A stretch of 64,000 bases of DNA, taken from the NCBI GenBank assembly GCA_045652705.1, contig JAZRUV010000039.1:2895-66894 (forward strand), given 5' to 3'. Shown piece by piece: positions 34,818 through 44,924 of the stretch (position 1 is its first letter; each line of letters starts with the position of its first letter). The translations under genes and the position numbers were made by a program. The stretch comes from Clostridia bacterium. Its GTDB lineage: Bacteria > Bacillota > Clostridia > TANB77 > CAG-465. Under the pieces are notes generated by a model. That model did not search any database. It was not told the DNA's origin and worked only from the letters and a program-made list of their open reading frames with translations.

Positions 34818-36419
34818 ATGTCATACGTAGCGTTATATAGAAAATATAGGCCACAAAATTTTAGTGATATGACTGGTCAAGAACATATAACTAAAATTTT
34901 AAAAAACCAAATAGTATCTTCTAAAATATCTCATGCATATATTTTTAGCGGAATTAGAGGAACAGGTAAAACTACAGCGGCTAAAGTTTTTGCAAGAGCG
35001 GTTAACTGTCTAAATAATCAAGATGGAGAGCCTTGTAACGAATGTGAAGCATGCCGTAGCATATTAGAAGGAAATACAACAGATGTAGTTGAAATGGATG
35101 CTGCATCTAATAATTCAGTAGAAAACATACGTAGCATACGTCAAGAAGTGGCATATTCTACAACTGGCTTGAAGTACAAAGTGTACATCATAGACGAGGC
35201 ACATATGCTTTCAACTAGTGCATTTAACGCATTGCTTAAAACTTTAGAAGAACCACCAGAGAATGTTATATTTATTCTAGCAACAACAGAAGAGCATAAG
35301 ATTTTACCTACAATTCTATCTCGTTGTATAAGATTTGAATTTAAAAAGATAGGTAAGGCTGGTATAGTTCAAAGACTACAACACGTTCTTAAAGATTATG
35401 ATGTTCATTACGATATGGAAGCATTAGAGCATATAGCTGAACTTGCTGACGGTGGAATGAGAGATGCTTTAAGTATTCTAGAAAGATGTATAACTTCTGG
35501 CGAAGGTGAAATAACAGAACAAAAAATAGAAGAAATAATTGGAACAGTTCCAAAGAAACTTATACAAGATATAGTTATAAGCGTTCTTGAATACAATATT
35601 ACCAAAGTAGATGAACTAGTAAATACAATACTTTCATCAGGTAAAGATTTGAGAAATATATCTGCAAGTATAACACAAGAATTTTTAAAAGTATTAATTG
35701 CAGTGTCTTGTGGGGATAATGTGGATATGTCAGAAGAATTAAAACAAATTTGTGGAAATACAAGTGTAGTTAGAATACATGAAATTATTAAACACATGTC
35801 AAAACTTGATGATGATTTAAGACAATCTAACAATGTAGCAATGTTGTTTAAAGCAAAACTATTAGAACTTTCAACAAAGGTTGTAGGATTAGATGAAAGT
35901 GAACTTCTAGCAAAAATAAAAGAGCTTGAAATGAAAATAGAAAAGCTTGAAATGACAGGTATTAAAGTTCAAGTAGAATCTAAACCAAAGGTGCAAAAAC
36001 AAGAGAAACAAGCAGTTGTTGAGAAAGAAGAAGTGCCAGTTGAAACAGTTCAAGTAGCAACTGAATCTAAAGAAGCAAAGGTGGCCGAAGTAAAACTTGG
36101 TAGAAAAAAAGTTAAAGAGTTAGATAAGATAATGAAAAAAGCAGTAGATTCAGATAACTTAAAACTTTATTCAGCACTTGCAGGAGCTCAGGCTTTTGAA
36201 GAAGAAGAAACAATTGTATTTGCTACGGCAAACGCATTTGCTTATGGAGTGTTAAATAAAGATAATACTCGTGAAGATTTAAGAAAAATAGTTAACGAAG
36301 AAATGAATAATGATTTTGGCGTCAGAATTGAATATATTAAAGAAACTAAAAAAGATGATGCTTGTGGTTTTGAAAATATGATGAAAGATTCAGGTGTCCC
36401 TTTTGAAGTTGTAGATTAA
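34818..36419 (+). CDS. dnaX: DNA polymerase III subunits gamma/tau
   Basis: 'GIRGTGKTTAAKVFA', the zinc module 'CNECEACRS' and 'YIIDEAHMLS' are present. Confidence 0.95.
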   Translation: MSYVALYRKYRPQNFSDMTGQEHITKILKNQIVSSKISHAYIFSGIRGTGKTTAAKVFARAVNCLNNQDGEPCNECEACRSILEGNTTDVVEMDAASNNSVENIRSIRQEVAYSTTGLKYKVYIIDEAHMLSTSAFNALLKTLEEPPENVIFILATTEEHKILPTILSRCIRFEFKKIGKAGIVQRLQHVLKDYDVHYDMEALEHIAELADGGMRDALSILERCITSGEGEITEQKIEEIIGTVPKKLIQDIVISVLEYNITKVDELVNTILSSGKDLRNISASITQEFLKVLIAVSCGDNVDMSEELKQICGNTSVVRIHEIIKHMSKLDDDLRQSNNVAMLFKAKLLELSTKVVGLDESELLAKIKELEMKIEKLEMTGIKVQVESKPKVQKQEKQAVVEKEEVPVETVQVATESKEAKVAEVKLGRKKVKELDKIMKKAVDSDNLKLYSALAGAQAFEEEETIVFATANAFAYGVLNKDNTREDLRKIVNEEMNNDFGVRIEYIKETKKDDACGFENMMKDSGVPFEVVD

Positions 36420-36454
36420 TTTAGTAATTAAAAGTATATTAGGAGGAATTTAAA

Positions 36455-36784
36455 ATGGCTAAATTTGGAGGATTCCCAGGCGGAATGGGGAATATGCAAA
36501 ACTTAATGAGACAGGCACAAAAAATGCAAGCAGAAATGCAAAAGAAACAAGAGGAAGCAGCAAACACAGAGTTTGAAACTTCTGCTGGTGGCGGTGCCGT
36601 TGTAGTTAAAGCAACAGGTGCTAAAGAAATAAAAGAAATAATAATTAAAAAAGAAGTAGTAGACCCAGACGATGTAGAAATGTTACAAGACCTTGTTCTT
36701 ACTGCTGTAAATGAAGCATTAAGAAAAGCAGACGATATGATGCAAGAAGGACTTGGAGGCTTAAATATTCCGGGGTTGATGTAG
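36455..36784 (+). CDS. ybaB: YbaB/EbfC nucleoid-associated protein
   Basis: '[22 protein letters not shown]' is present, as is the conserved dnaX-ybaB-recR synteny. Confidence 0.85.
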   Translation: MAKFGGFPGGMGNMQNLMRQAQKMQAEMQKKQEEAANTEFETSAGGGAVVVKATGAKEIKEIIIKKEVVDPDDVEMLQDLVLTAVNEALRKADDMMQEGLGGLNIPGLM

Positions 36785-36791
36785 GTAGGTT

Positions 36792-37388
36792 ATGTATTCA
36801 GAATCAGTAAAAAAATTAATAGGAGAATTTGAAAAGTTGCCAGGTATAGGGCATAAGACAGCTGTGCGTTTGGCATTTTATATATTAGAATCAGATACAG
36901 AAGTAGCTCGCACAATGTCTGAAGCTTTGCTTGAAGCAAAACAAAAAGTAAGATTTTGTTCTACTTGTTACAATTTATCAGAAGCAGACAAATGTGAGAT
37001 TTGTAGTAATTCTAAAAGAGATAATAGCGTTATTTGCGTAGTGGAAAATGTAAAAGACGTTGTTGCTATGGAAAAAACACACGAGTACAAAGGGTTATAC
37101 CATGTGCTTCATGGGGCAATTTCTCCTATGAACAATATATCTGCACAAGATATAAAAATTAAAGAACTAGTATCTAGACTTTCAGATGAAAATGTGAAAG
37201 AAGTAATTCTTGCAACAAACCCAACAATAGAAGGGGAAGCAACAGCAATGTATATATCTAGAATTATTAAAACAATACCAGGTATTAAGGTGTCAAGAAT
37301 AGCGCACGGGATACCAGTAGGTGGAGATTTAGAATATACAGATGAAATTACTTTAATCAAGGCTATGGAAAATAGAAGGGAAATGTAA
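36792..37388 (+). CDS. recR: Recombination protein RecR
   Basis: '[14 protein letters not shown]', the zinc finger '[16 protein letters not shown]' and a Toprim region are present. Confidence 0.95.
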   Translation: MYSESVKKLIGEFEKLPGIGHKTAVRLAFYILESDTEVARTMSEALLEAKQKVRFCSTCYNLSEADKCEICSNSKRDNSVICVVENVKDVVAMEKTHEYKGLYHVLHGAISPMNNISAQDIKIKELVSRLSDENVKEVILATNPTIEGEATAMYISRIIKTIPGIKVSRIAHGIPVGGDLEYTDEITLIKAMENRREM

Positions 37389-37389
37389 T

Positions 37390-38748
37390 ATGGATAAATT
37401 TAATGAATTAAGAGAAAAATATCCAATATTTGAATACAATTCTTATGATATTGTTGAAACAGAAAATAGATTCGAAGTATCATTTAGCTTTGTTGTGCCA
37501 GGTTTAACAGAGTTTAGACCAACTTGGAGTTTTCCTAAGCCTCAAGGCAGAGTATTAGATGAAAGTTTAAGAAAAGTTTTTGAAAATACAATATTTAATC
37601 TTGGTATGGTTGAGATTGTATCTTATCTTAAAGCAACGTGTTCACCTACACTTGTTGTAAAATGTGGAAACTTAAATGATGAGCAAATAGCTTGGTATAA
37701 AAAACTGTATATAAACGGTTTGGGAGAATTTTTCTACAGAAATAACATTGTAGAGGCAATGAACATAGACACGTTTCTAGATATTAAAGTAGAAAATACA
37801 GAAAGCCAAAAAGTAGAATTAACAGAGGAACTTACAGGAAATCTTGTACCAGTTGGTGGTGGTAAGGACTCATCTTTATCTTTAGAAGTATTAAAGAATA
37901 TGGATAATATGTGTTATATAGTAAATCCAAGAGGAGCATCTAGAGATTCTGCTGTCGTTGGTGGATATGATGGTAAGATTTATGCTCCAAAGAGAACACT
38001 AGATACAAGATTATTAGAGTTAAATAAACAAGGTTTTTTAAATGGGCATACACCATTTTCTGCAATACTTGCGTTTTCTTCTTATGCATCAGCTATAATA
38101 CTTGGCAGAAAACATATAGTATTATCTAACGAGGCAAGTGCAAATGAGGCAAATGTTAGTGGTACAAATATAAACCACCAATATTCTAAGAGTATAGAGT
38201 TTGAAAATGACTTTAGAGAATTTCTTACTAAACACATTTGTGAAAATGGACCAAATTATTTTAGTTTACTTAGACCTTTAAGTGAATGGCAAATAGTTAG
38301 AGCATTTGTTAAAACGGATAAATACTATGAAGTATTTAAAAGCTGTAATGTGGGCTCTAAACAAGACATTTGGTGTGAAAATTGTCCTAAGTGCCTATAT
38401 GTATATATTATGGTTAAAGCATTTTTAAGTGATGAAGATATGGAGAGAATATTTAAAACTGATATGTTAGACAATGAAGAGCTAAGAACTATATTTAACG
38501 GACTTGTTTATCCAGATTACGACAAACCATTTGAATGTGTTGGGACTAAGGACGAAATAAACTTAAGCCTTAATATGATAATAGAAAAATATAATAAACA
38601 CGGTAAAGAATTACCAGCGTTATTAAGAGACTTTAAGCCAAACATTTCAAATTTAGAACAATCAATAGAAGAGGCAAAAGCAGATTGGAATGTCGACAAC
38701 AACTTGCCAGAAGAGTTTGAAATGGCATTAAGAGAATATATTGAGTAG
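37390..38748 (+). CDS. PP-loop (SGGKDS-like) ATP pyrophosphatase-fold protein; candidate MurL-type UDP-MurNAc-L-Ala-L-Glu epimerase
   Basis: 'VPVGGGKDSSLSLEVL' is a PP-loop. The gene starts 1 nt after the recR stop and ends 11 nt before a stand-alone murD-type ligase gene. The MurL assignment is an inference from gene context. Confidence 0.45.
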   Translation: MDKFNELREKYPIFEYNSYDIVETENRFEVSFSFVVPGLTEFRPTWSFPKPQGRVLDESLRKVFENTIFNLGMVEIVSYLKATCSPTLVVKCGNLNDEQIAWYKKLYINGLGEFFYRNNIVEAMNIDTFLDIKVENTESQKVELTEELTGNLVPVGGGKDSSLSLEVLKNMDNMCYIVNPRGASRDSAVVGGYDGKIYAPKRTLDTRLLELNKQGFLNGHTPFSAILAFSSYASAIILGRKHIVLSNEASANEANVSGTNINHQYSKSIEFENDFREFLTKHICENGPNYFSLLRPLSEWQIVRAFVKTDKYYEVFKSCNVGSKQDIWCENCPKCLYVYIMVKAFLSDEDMERIFKTDMLDNEELRTIFNGLVYPDYDKPFECVGTKDEINLSLNMIIEKYNKHGKELPALLRDFKPNISNLEQSIEEAKADWNVDNNLPEEFEMALREYIE

Positions 38749-38759
38749 GAGGAACTTTT

Positions 38760-40124
38760 GTGAAAGGAAAAATTAAACAAGAGTTGACAGGTAAACGTAT
38801 ACTAATTTTAGGTTTTGGCCGTGAGGGAAGAAGTACATATAGATTTATAAAAAACAACAATATAGATTGCGAAATAGGTATTGCAGATATTAAAGATATA
38901 ACCGATGAAGAAATTTTGCAAGATGGAGTTATTCTTCATACTGGCGAAAATTATCTAGAGGCAATGAAAGACTATGATGTTATAATGAAAACACCAGGAC
39001 AGTCTTTTAAAGATGTAGATTTAACGGGATTGAGAGACAAAGTTACATCTCAAACAGAACTTTTCTTGAAATATGGTAAGGATAAAATAATTGGGATTAC
39101 AGGAACCAAAGGAAAGAGTACAACTTCTTCATTAATATATGCAATGCTTAAAGAAAAATACAATACACTTCTGGTTGGAAACATAGGACTTCCTGCTTTT
39201 GAAGAAATGGAAACATATAATACAACAGATTACTATGTGTATGAACTTTCGTCACATCAGTTGGAATTTGTAGATTGTAGCCCACATATTGCAGTACTTC
39301 TTAATATGTATGAAGACCACTTGGACCATTATAAAGGCTATGAGGAGTATAAAGAGGCAAAAAGAAATATTTATAAATACCAAGATGAAAATGATTATTA
39401 CATATTTAATGAGGCTGAAAAAGAAGTATTAAATGGAAACAGAATATTAAAGCAACATCATATTGGAGTCGGTAAAGAAGAAACAGACGAACAAGAATCT
39501 TGCTGTTATTTTGATGACAAAGTTCGTATAAATATTCACGGAGATATAATGACAGTACGTGAGCCTAAAAACGAGAATATACGAGGTGCTCATAACTCAT
39601 ACAATATTGCAGTTGCTACAACTGTTGCAAAACTATTAGATGTAGAGGATGATAAAATAGCAAAAGCGATTGTAGAATTTAAACCATTAGCACATAGATT
39701 AGAAAATATAGGTGTATATAATGGTGTAACATACATAGATGACTCTATTGCAACTATTCCGGAAGCTGTTATTTCGGCAGTACAAAGTATTCCAAATATA
39801 AACACTGTAATAATTGGTGGAATGGATAGAGGAATACATTATGCATCTTTAATAGAGTTTTTATCTCAAGGTAAAGTAGAAAATGTAATCCTTATGTACG
39901 ATAGTGGCAAGAAAATATATGAAGCGTTAAAGAAAACAGGTACAAATTCTAATTATGTCCTTGCAGAAGATTTAGAGAAAGCAGTAGAACTTGCAACTCA
40001 AATTACTAAAAAAAGTACAATATGCTTAATGTCACCAGCAGCTGCAAGTTATGGAGTATTCAAAAACTTTGAAGAACGCGGGGATAAGTTTAAAGAATAT
40101 GTAGAAAAATATACAAATAATTAA
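38760..40124 (+). CDS. murD: Mur ligase of the MurD type (UDP-MurNAc-L-Ala--glutamate ligase; possibly the L-Glu-adding MurD2 form)
   Basis: The GTG start is preceded by AGGAGG. 'GITGTKGKSTTSSLIYAML' is present, with MurD-like length and N-terminal Rossmann 'ILILGFGREGRS'. It is not located in a dcw cluster. Confidence 0.7.
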   Translation: MKGKIKQELTGKRILILGFGREGRSTYRFIKNNNIDCEIGIADIKDITDEEILQDGVILHTGENYLEAMKDYDVIMKTPGQSFKDVDLTGLRDKVTSQTELFLKYGKDKIIGITGTKGKSTTSSLIYAMLKEKYNTLLVGNIGLPAFEEMETYNTTDYYVYELSSHQLEFVDCSPHIAVLLNMYEDHLDHYKGYEEYKEAKRNIYKYQDENDYYIFNEAEKEVLNGNRILKQHHIGVGKEETDEQESCCYFDDKVRINIHGDIMTVREPKNENIRGAHNSYNIAVATTVAKLLDVEDDKIAKAIVEFKPLAHRLENIGVYNGVTYIDDSIATIPEAVISAVQSIPNINTVIIGGMDRGIHYASLIEFLSQGKVENVILMYDSGKKIYEALKKTGTNSNYVLAEDLEKAVELATQITKKSTICLMSPAAASYGVFKNFEERGDKFKEYVEKYTNN

Positions 40125-40154
40125 GGAATATAAAGAATAAAATAGCAGGAGAAA

Positions 40155-40583
40155 TTAATCTCCTGCTAATAGTTTGTTCGCCATAGCGCTAAACATAGTT
40201 GCAACACTTGGATTTCTACTTCCACTTAAGCAAAAACAAATACCACAAGTTTTGTGGGCGGCAGCAATATAATTGTCTGGGTTTTGAAAAAATTCAACAA
40301 TAAATTTATTTCTTTCCTTCGTAATTGTCATATGGTTGGATATTTCAGGTAAGCTTGCTTCGCAAAGCCAATTAAATACATTATCTTTAAGTTGTGGTTC
40401 TTGACGTATTTTCATAAATCTAAAAATAGTTTGCAAGCCTTCATAAAGTTTTTCGTGCTCTTTTGTTATTACAAATTTGTTGTTCTCGTGGTAATTTAGC
40501 ATTACCCAATAGTGGTCTGAGCCAAAGTAGCTAATTATGAATTTGTCTTGCCCCTGTTTTACGGTAAATTGTTTATTTCCCAT
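40155..40583 (-). CDS. Hypothetical protein
   Basis: SD GGAGG is present on the minus strand. No motif was recognised. Its stop codon sits in the loop of a hairpin shared with murD. Confidence 0.5.
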   Translation of the reverse strand: MGNKQFTVKQGQDKFIISYFGSDHYWVMLNYHENNKFVITKEHEKLYEGLQTIFRFMKIRQEPQLKDNVFNWLCEASLPEISNHMTITKERNKFIVEFFQNPDNYIAAAHKTCGICFCLSGSRNPSVATMFSAMANKLLAGD

Positions 40584-40800
40584 ATAATAACCTCCATAAT
40601 AGTAATCTAATTAGAACTATATTTACATATTTTTGCTAGAAATATTATAGCATAGATAGTGTAGAATTACAATTCACACAATGTTATAACATAATTGTAA
40701 TATGATTAAAAATAAATGACAGTAAAATGACACAATTTTAACAAAAACACTTGTCAAAAGATATTTTTGTGATAAAATAATCTCGTAAAGAGGTGTCGAT

Positions 40801-41490
40801 ATGGAAAAGAAAATATTGATAGTTGACGATGAAAAGCCAATAGTAGATGTGTTAAAATTTAACCTTGAAAAAGATGGCTATAAAACAATCGAAGCATATG
40901 ATGGAGAACAAGCAGTAGAAATGGCACTAACTGCAAAACCGGATTTAATAATCTTAGACGTAATGCTTCCTAAAATGGACGGGTTTACTGTATGTAAGAA
41001 GATAAGACAGAAACTTACTTGCCCAATAATAATGCTTACAGCTAAAGAGGAAGTTGTAGATAAAATAATTGGTCTTGAGCTTGGCGCTGATGACTACATG
41101 ACAAAACCATTCAGCGTAAGAGAACTTACAGCACGTGTAAAAGCAAACCTAAGAAAACACGTGTTACCTGAAGAGGCTCAAAAAGAGAACGAGACAGATG
41201 AATTAAAGATTAAAGATTTAGTTTTAGACGTAGAAAAGTATGTAGTTGTTAAAAAAGGTAAAATAATAGATTTAACAATGAAAGAATTCGAAGTTATAAA
41301 ACTACTTGCTACTCATTCAGGACAAGTATTTACTCGTGAACAAATACTTAAAAACGTGTGGGGATATGACTATTATGGTGATGTTAGAAGCGTTGACGTT
41401 ACTATACGTAGAATAAGAGAGAAAATAGAAGATAATACTTCTGAACCAAAATATATAATAACAAAAAGAGGAATAGGATATTATGTTTAA
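40801..41490 (+). CDS. OmpR-family response regulator, WalR/YycF-like
   Basis: 'KILIVDDEKPIVDVLKFNLEKDGY', 'DLIILDVMLPKMDG', 'IIMLTAKEE..DKIIGLELGADDYMTKPFS.REL.ARVKANLR' and a winged-helix C-terminus are present. Confidence 0.85.
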   Translation: MEKKILIVDDEKPIVDVLKFNLEKDGYKTIEAYDGEQAVEMALTAKPDLIILDVMLPKMDGFTVCKKIRQKLTCPIIMLTAKEEVVDKIIGLELGADDYMTKPFSVRELTARVKANLRKHVLPEEAQKENETDELKIKDLVLDVEKYVVVKKGKIIDLTMKEFEVIKLLATHSGQVFTREQILKNVWGYDYYGDVRSVDVTIRRIREKIEDNTSEPKYIITKRGIGYYV

Positions 41491-42868
41491 ATCTATAAAA
41501 ACTAGTACAAAAGTATTAGTATTAGGATTTGTAATAGTTACATTTATAGTGATGAACTTTGTTATAAATTATTCTATTACAAAGAAATTTGGATTTGTAT
41601 TTGACGCACCGATTGTAATATCAATTGGTGTGCTACTTTTATGTGCATTAATATTTGCGGCTATATATAACAATAAGATTTTATTACCGCTTAGACGTAT
41701 AGAAAAATCTATGAAAAACATAAAAGATGGAAAAACTGTAGATTCTCGTATGCTAAACGGTTGTACAGAGCTTAAAGAACTAAATAGCGTAATTGATGTA
41801 TATAGCGAAATAATGCAAAGTATTTCTAAAAACAACTTTGAAGTTACAAGTCAAGAAAGTAAAACAGGAAAGATAATAGAAAGAATGCCAGATGGAGTTA
41901 TAGCATTTTCTATGCAAAGACAAATAATACAAATAAACTCAGCGGCTAAAGCTTTTGCAAACCTTAGCTCAGAAGATAACACATATGAAAAAGTTATGAA
42001 AAAGCTTAAGCTTAAAGTGGATTTTGATAAAGTACTTTATATGACAAACTACAAGAACGTGCAAGAAAAGACAACTGTAAATGATAATGTACTTGACGTT
42101 GTGTTAGTTCCTTTCCAAAACGAAAGATTAATGCCTATGGGTGTTATTGTGTTTATTAAAAACATAACTGAAAGTGAAAAGTTAGACAATATGAGAAAAG
42201 AATTTGTTGCTAATGTTTCTCATGAACTAAAAACGCCTTTATGTTCAATTAAAGGTTATTCTGAAACAATACTAGATAGAGAACTAGAAAAAGAAGAAAT
42301 AGCAAAATTTGCTCAAGTTATAAATGATGAAGCAAATAGAATGGATAGAATAGTAGCAGATCTTTTACAACTTTCTCGTTTTGATTATAAGAAAAACGTA
42401 TGGAATAAGACTAAACTTAACATTGATGACTTGGCAAAACAAGTTGTAGAAAATATGCAATATGTAGCTATGGAGAAAAAACACAATTTAAAATGTGTTG
42501 TTAATATGATACCAGGTCCGGTATTTGTAGATAAAGATGGAATACAACAGGTTATGATAAATATCTTAAGTAACAGTATAAAATATACGCCTGAAGGTGG
42601 AGAGATTACTGTATATATTGGAGCGGCTGGTGGTAAAGCGTATCTTAAGTTTGTAGATAATGGTATGGGAATACCTGAAAAAGATTTAAAACGTATATTT
42701 GAAAGATTTTATAGAGTAGACAAAGCTCGCTCAAGGCAGATGGGTGGAACAGGATTAGGGCTTTCTATAGTTAAAGAAATAGTGGAAGCCCATGATGGAA
42801 CTATTGAAATGAAGAGTGAAGTAGGAATTGGAACAGAAGTAATAGTTACAATTCCAATAATGAAATAG
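41483..42868 (+). CDS. Sensor histidine kinase (2 TM, PAS-like, HisKA, HATPase_c)
   Basis: The H-box is 'FVANVSHELKTPL', the N-box is 'NILSNSIKYTPEGG', and the G-boxes are 'DNGMGIP' and 'GGTGLGLSIV'. Confidence 0.85.
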   Translation: MFKSIKTSTKVLVLGFVIVTFIVMNFVINYSITKKFGFVFDAPIVISIGVLLLCALIFAAIYNNKILLPLRRIEKSMKNIKDGKTVDSRMLNGCTELKELNSVIDVYSEIMQSISKNNFEVTSQESKTGKIIERMPDGVIAFSMQRQIIQINSAAKAFANLSSEDNTYEKVMKKLKLKVDFDKVLYMTNYKNVQEKTTVNDNVLDVVLVPFQNERLMPMGVIVFIKNITESEKLDNMRKEFVANVSHELKTPLCSIKGYSETILDRELEKEEIAKFAQVINDEANRMDRIVADLLQLSRFDYKKNVWNKTKLNIDDLAKQVVENMQYVAMEKKHNLKCVVNMIPGPVFVDKDGIQQVMINILSNSIKYTPEGGEITVYIGAAGGKAYLKFVDNGMGIPEKDLKRIFERFYRVDKARSRQMGGTGLGLSIVKEIVEAHDGTIEMKSEVGIGTEVIVTIPIMK

Positions 42869-42884
42869 GAGTAGACAGTTTAAT

Positions 42885-43658
42885 ATGAAAATAATTGATG
42901 TACACGCGCATTATGAAGACGAAAGATATAATGAAGATAGAGAAGAAACATTAAATAGACAATTTGAAAGTGGTGTAGAATATATAATAAATGCTGGTGC
43001 CGGAATAGAGTCTTCTAAAGGAGCACTTGCTATTGCAAATGGTCACGAAAAAATATATTGCACAATAGGAATTCACCCACAATATGTGGAAGATGGGGAA
43101 AACGTAGAAGATTTAAAAAGACTATATGTGGAAAACCCTAAAGATAAAATTGTTGCAATTGGAGAAATTGGACTAGATTATCATTATACAAAGGAATTTA
43201 AAGAGGAACAGAAGAAACTCTTTAGAGACCAATTGGAATTTGCTTATGAAGTAGGACTTCCTGTACAAATACATTCGCGAGATGCTAGTATAGATACAGT
43301 GGAAGTGCTAGAAAGTACAGATAAAAAACCAGAAAAAATAATGTTCCATTGTTTTGATTTGAATGAACAAACAGCAAAGTATATTAAAGAAGAAGGATAT
43401 AAAATATCTGTTGGTGGAAATATAACATACAAAAGGACAGATACAGCAATTAGAGTAATAAAAGATATGCCAATAGAAAATATTATGACAGAAACAGACT
43501 CTCCATATCTTGCACCAGTACCACATAGGGGAGAAAGAAACGAGTCTTTAAATATAACATATGTTATAGAAAAAATAGCTGAGATTAAAGAAATGGATAA
43601 AGATGAAGTTGCCAGTGTTTTATACAATAATGCAATAGAATTTTATGGATTAAGTTAA
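42885..43658 (+). CDS. tatD: TatD-family metal-dependent hydrolase/DNase
   Basis: 'IIDVHAHY', 'AIGEIGLDYHY', 'VQIHSRDA', 'FHCF' and 'METDSPYLAPVPHRGERNE' are present. Confidence 0.85.
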   Translation: MKIIDVHAHYEDERYNEDREETLNRQFESGVEYIINAGAGIESSKGALAIANGHEKIYCTIGIHPQYVEDGENVEDLKRLYVENPKDKIVAIGEIGLDYHYTKEFKEEQKKLFRDQLEFAYEVGLPVQIHSRDASIDTVEVLESTDKKPEKIMFHCFDLNEQTAKYIKEEGYKISVGGNITYKRTDTAIRVIKDMPIENIMTETDSPYLAPVPHRGERNESLNITYVIEKIAEIKEMDKDEVASVLYNNAIEFYGLS

Positions 43659-43720
43659 TTGCTTAATCCGTATTTTTGTGATATAATGTGCTTGCAAAAT
43701 AAAAATTAGGGGGAGTCATA

Positions 43721-44047
43721 ATGAATATTTATGATGTAAAGTTTTACGGGGTATATTTTCGGTATAAACTGGAGTTTTCAGGAGTAAATATATTTGCAAG
43801 AAAGGAAGATGTTCACGCAGTTCCGGGTTTTGATAATTCCTTTTTTGAAGTAACTGTTCTTGAGGAATACAAAGGGAAACAAGACGTATTAAAACTTATT
43901 TTTGAGAATGGCGAGGAAGCATACGAGACATTAAAATATCCGTATTTGTTCTGGGATATTGAAGACAATATATGGAGAGAATCTAAGGATACGTCTACAC
44001 CAGAAGCATTTATGAAGGCGTATTTTGAAAGCGTTTCAAAGAAATAA
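43721..44047 (+). CDS. Hypothetical protein, single copy of a roughly 100-aa domain shared with the next gene
   Basis: 'MNIYDVKFYGVYF...FEVTVLEEYKGKQDVLKLIFENG' parallels 44200-44853. Confidence 0.5.
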   Translation: MNIYDVKFYGVYFRYKLEFSGVNIFARKEDVHAVPGFDNSFFEVTVLEEYKGKQDVLKLIFENGEEAYETLKYPYLFWDIEDNIWRESKDTSTPEAFMKAYFESVSKK

Positions 44048-44054
44048 AGAATAA

Positions 44055-44080
44055 AGAGGAGATTTAAATAAATCTCCTCT
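44055..44080 (+). terminator. Rho-independent terminator
   Basis: AGAGGAGATTT / AAATCTCCTCT. Confidence 0.55.
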
Positions 44081-44199
44081 ATAATTTGTATTAAATACCA
44101 TAATTATGCGGACTAAAATATGTATAAATGCTGGTATATTGCAAACCGTAGAAGAATGTGATATAATTAAACCCTAAAATAAAACTAGGAGGAATCAAA

Positions 44200-44853
44200 A
44201 TGACTATTTATGATTTGAAGTTATATGGAGTTTACTTCCCGCAACTAGTCGGTGGAGGACATGTACGTCTATCCACGGAACGGATAGAGGTGCGTGCAAG
44301 TAGGGGTTATGTCTATAAGTTTGAGGTAACAGCTTTGAAACAATATGGTACCAAGCAAGATGTCTTGGAGTTACAATTTGATGATGGACACACAGAATAT
44401 ATTACTTTGTATGAACCTTCGATGTATCTTAATGAAGGAGAATGGAAACTGGCAAAGGATAGAATTGTAGCAGCAAGTTTCTTGTCAAAGTACGAGGAAT
44501 TGAAGGAGGAGGAAGCTATTGGTAGCACTCCTAGCATTTTTGACCTTACATTTTATGGATTATTGGAAGATGTTGGCTTAAAAATGCTTAAGACCAAAAT
44601 TTTTCTTTCTCGGGCGAGTAGGGACAGAGAACTTACACAAAATAGTATACTGTTTACTGCTACTGTGTTGAAGGAATATAAAGGTAATAAGTATGTTATC
44701 AAAGTTGTGACAGTAGATAATGTAATCTGTTATATTCCGCTCTTTAAGGCGAATATGTGCTATGATAATGACAATAGAATTTGGGTTTCCTGCTCGGAAA
44801 GTCCTATCCCTGGAAAGATTCTGAAATGCTATGTTAAGCATTTGAATGGGTAA
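44200..44853 (+). CDS. Hypothetical protein with two tandem copies of the same roughly 100-aa domain
   Basis: 'MTIYDLKLYGVYF...FEVTALKQYGTKQDVLELQFDDG' and 'SIFDLTFYGLL...FTATVLKEYKGNKYVIKVVTVDN'. Confidence 0.5.
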   Translation: MTIYDLKLYGVYFPQLVGGGHVRLSTERIEVRASRGYVYKFEVTALKQYGTKQDVLELQFDDGHTEYITLYEPSMYLNEGEWKLAKDRIVAASFLSKYEELKEEEAIGSTPSIFDLTFYGLLEDVGLKMLKTKIFLSRASRDRELTQNSILFTATVLKEYKGNKYVIKVVTVDNVICYIPLFKANMCYDNDNRIWVSCSESPIPGKILKCYVKHLNG

Positions 44854-44871
44854 TAGAAATTAAGAAATAAT

Positions 44872-44900
44872 TAACAGGTGGTTCTAATGAACCACCTGTT
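44872..44900. terminator. Bidirectional hairpin between convergent genes
   Basis: AACAGGTGGTTC-TAAT-GAACCACCTGTT. Confidence 0.65.
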
Positions 44901-44924
44901 ATGTTATACTGATTTTATCAAGAA

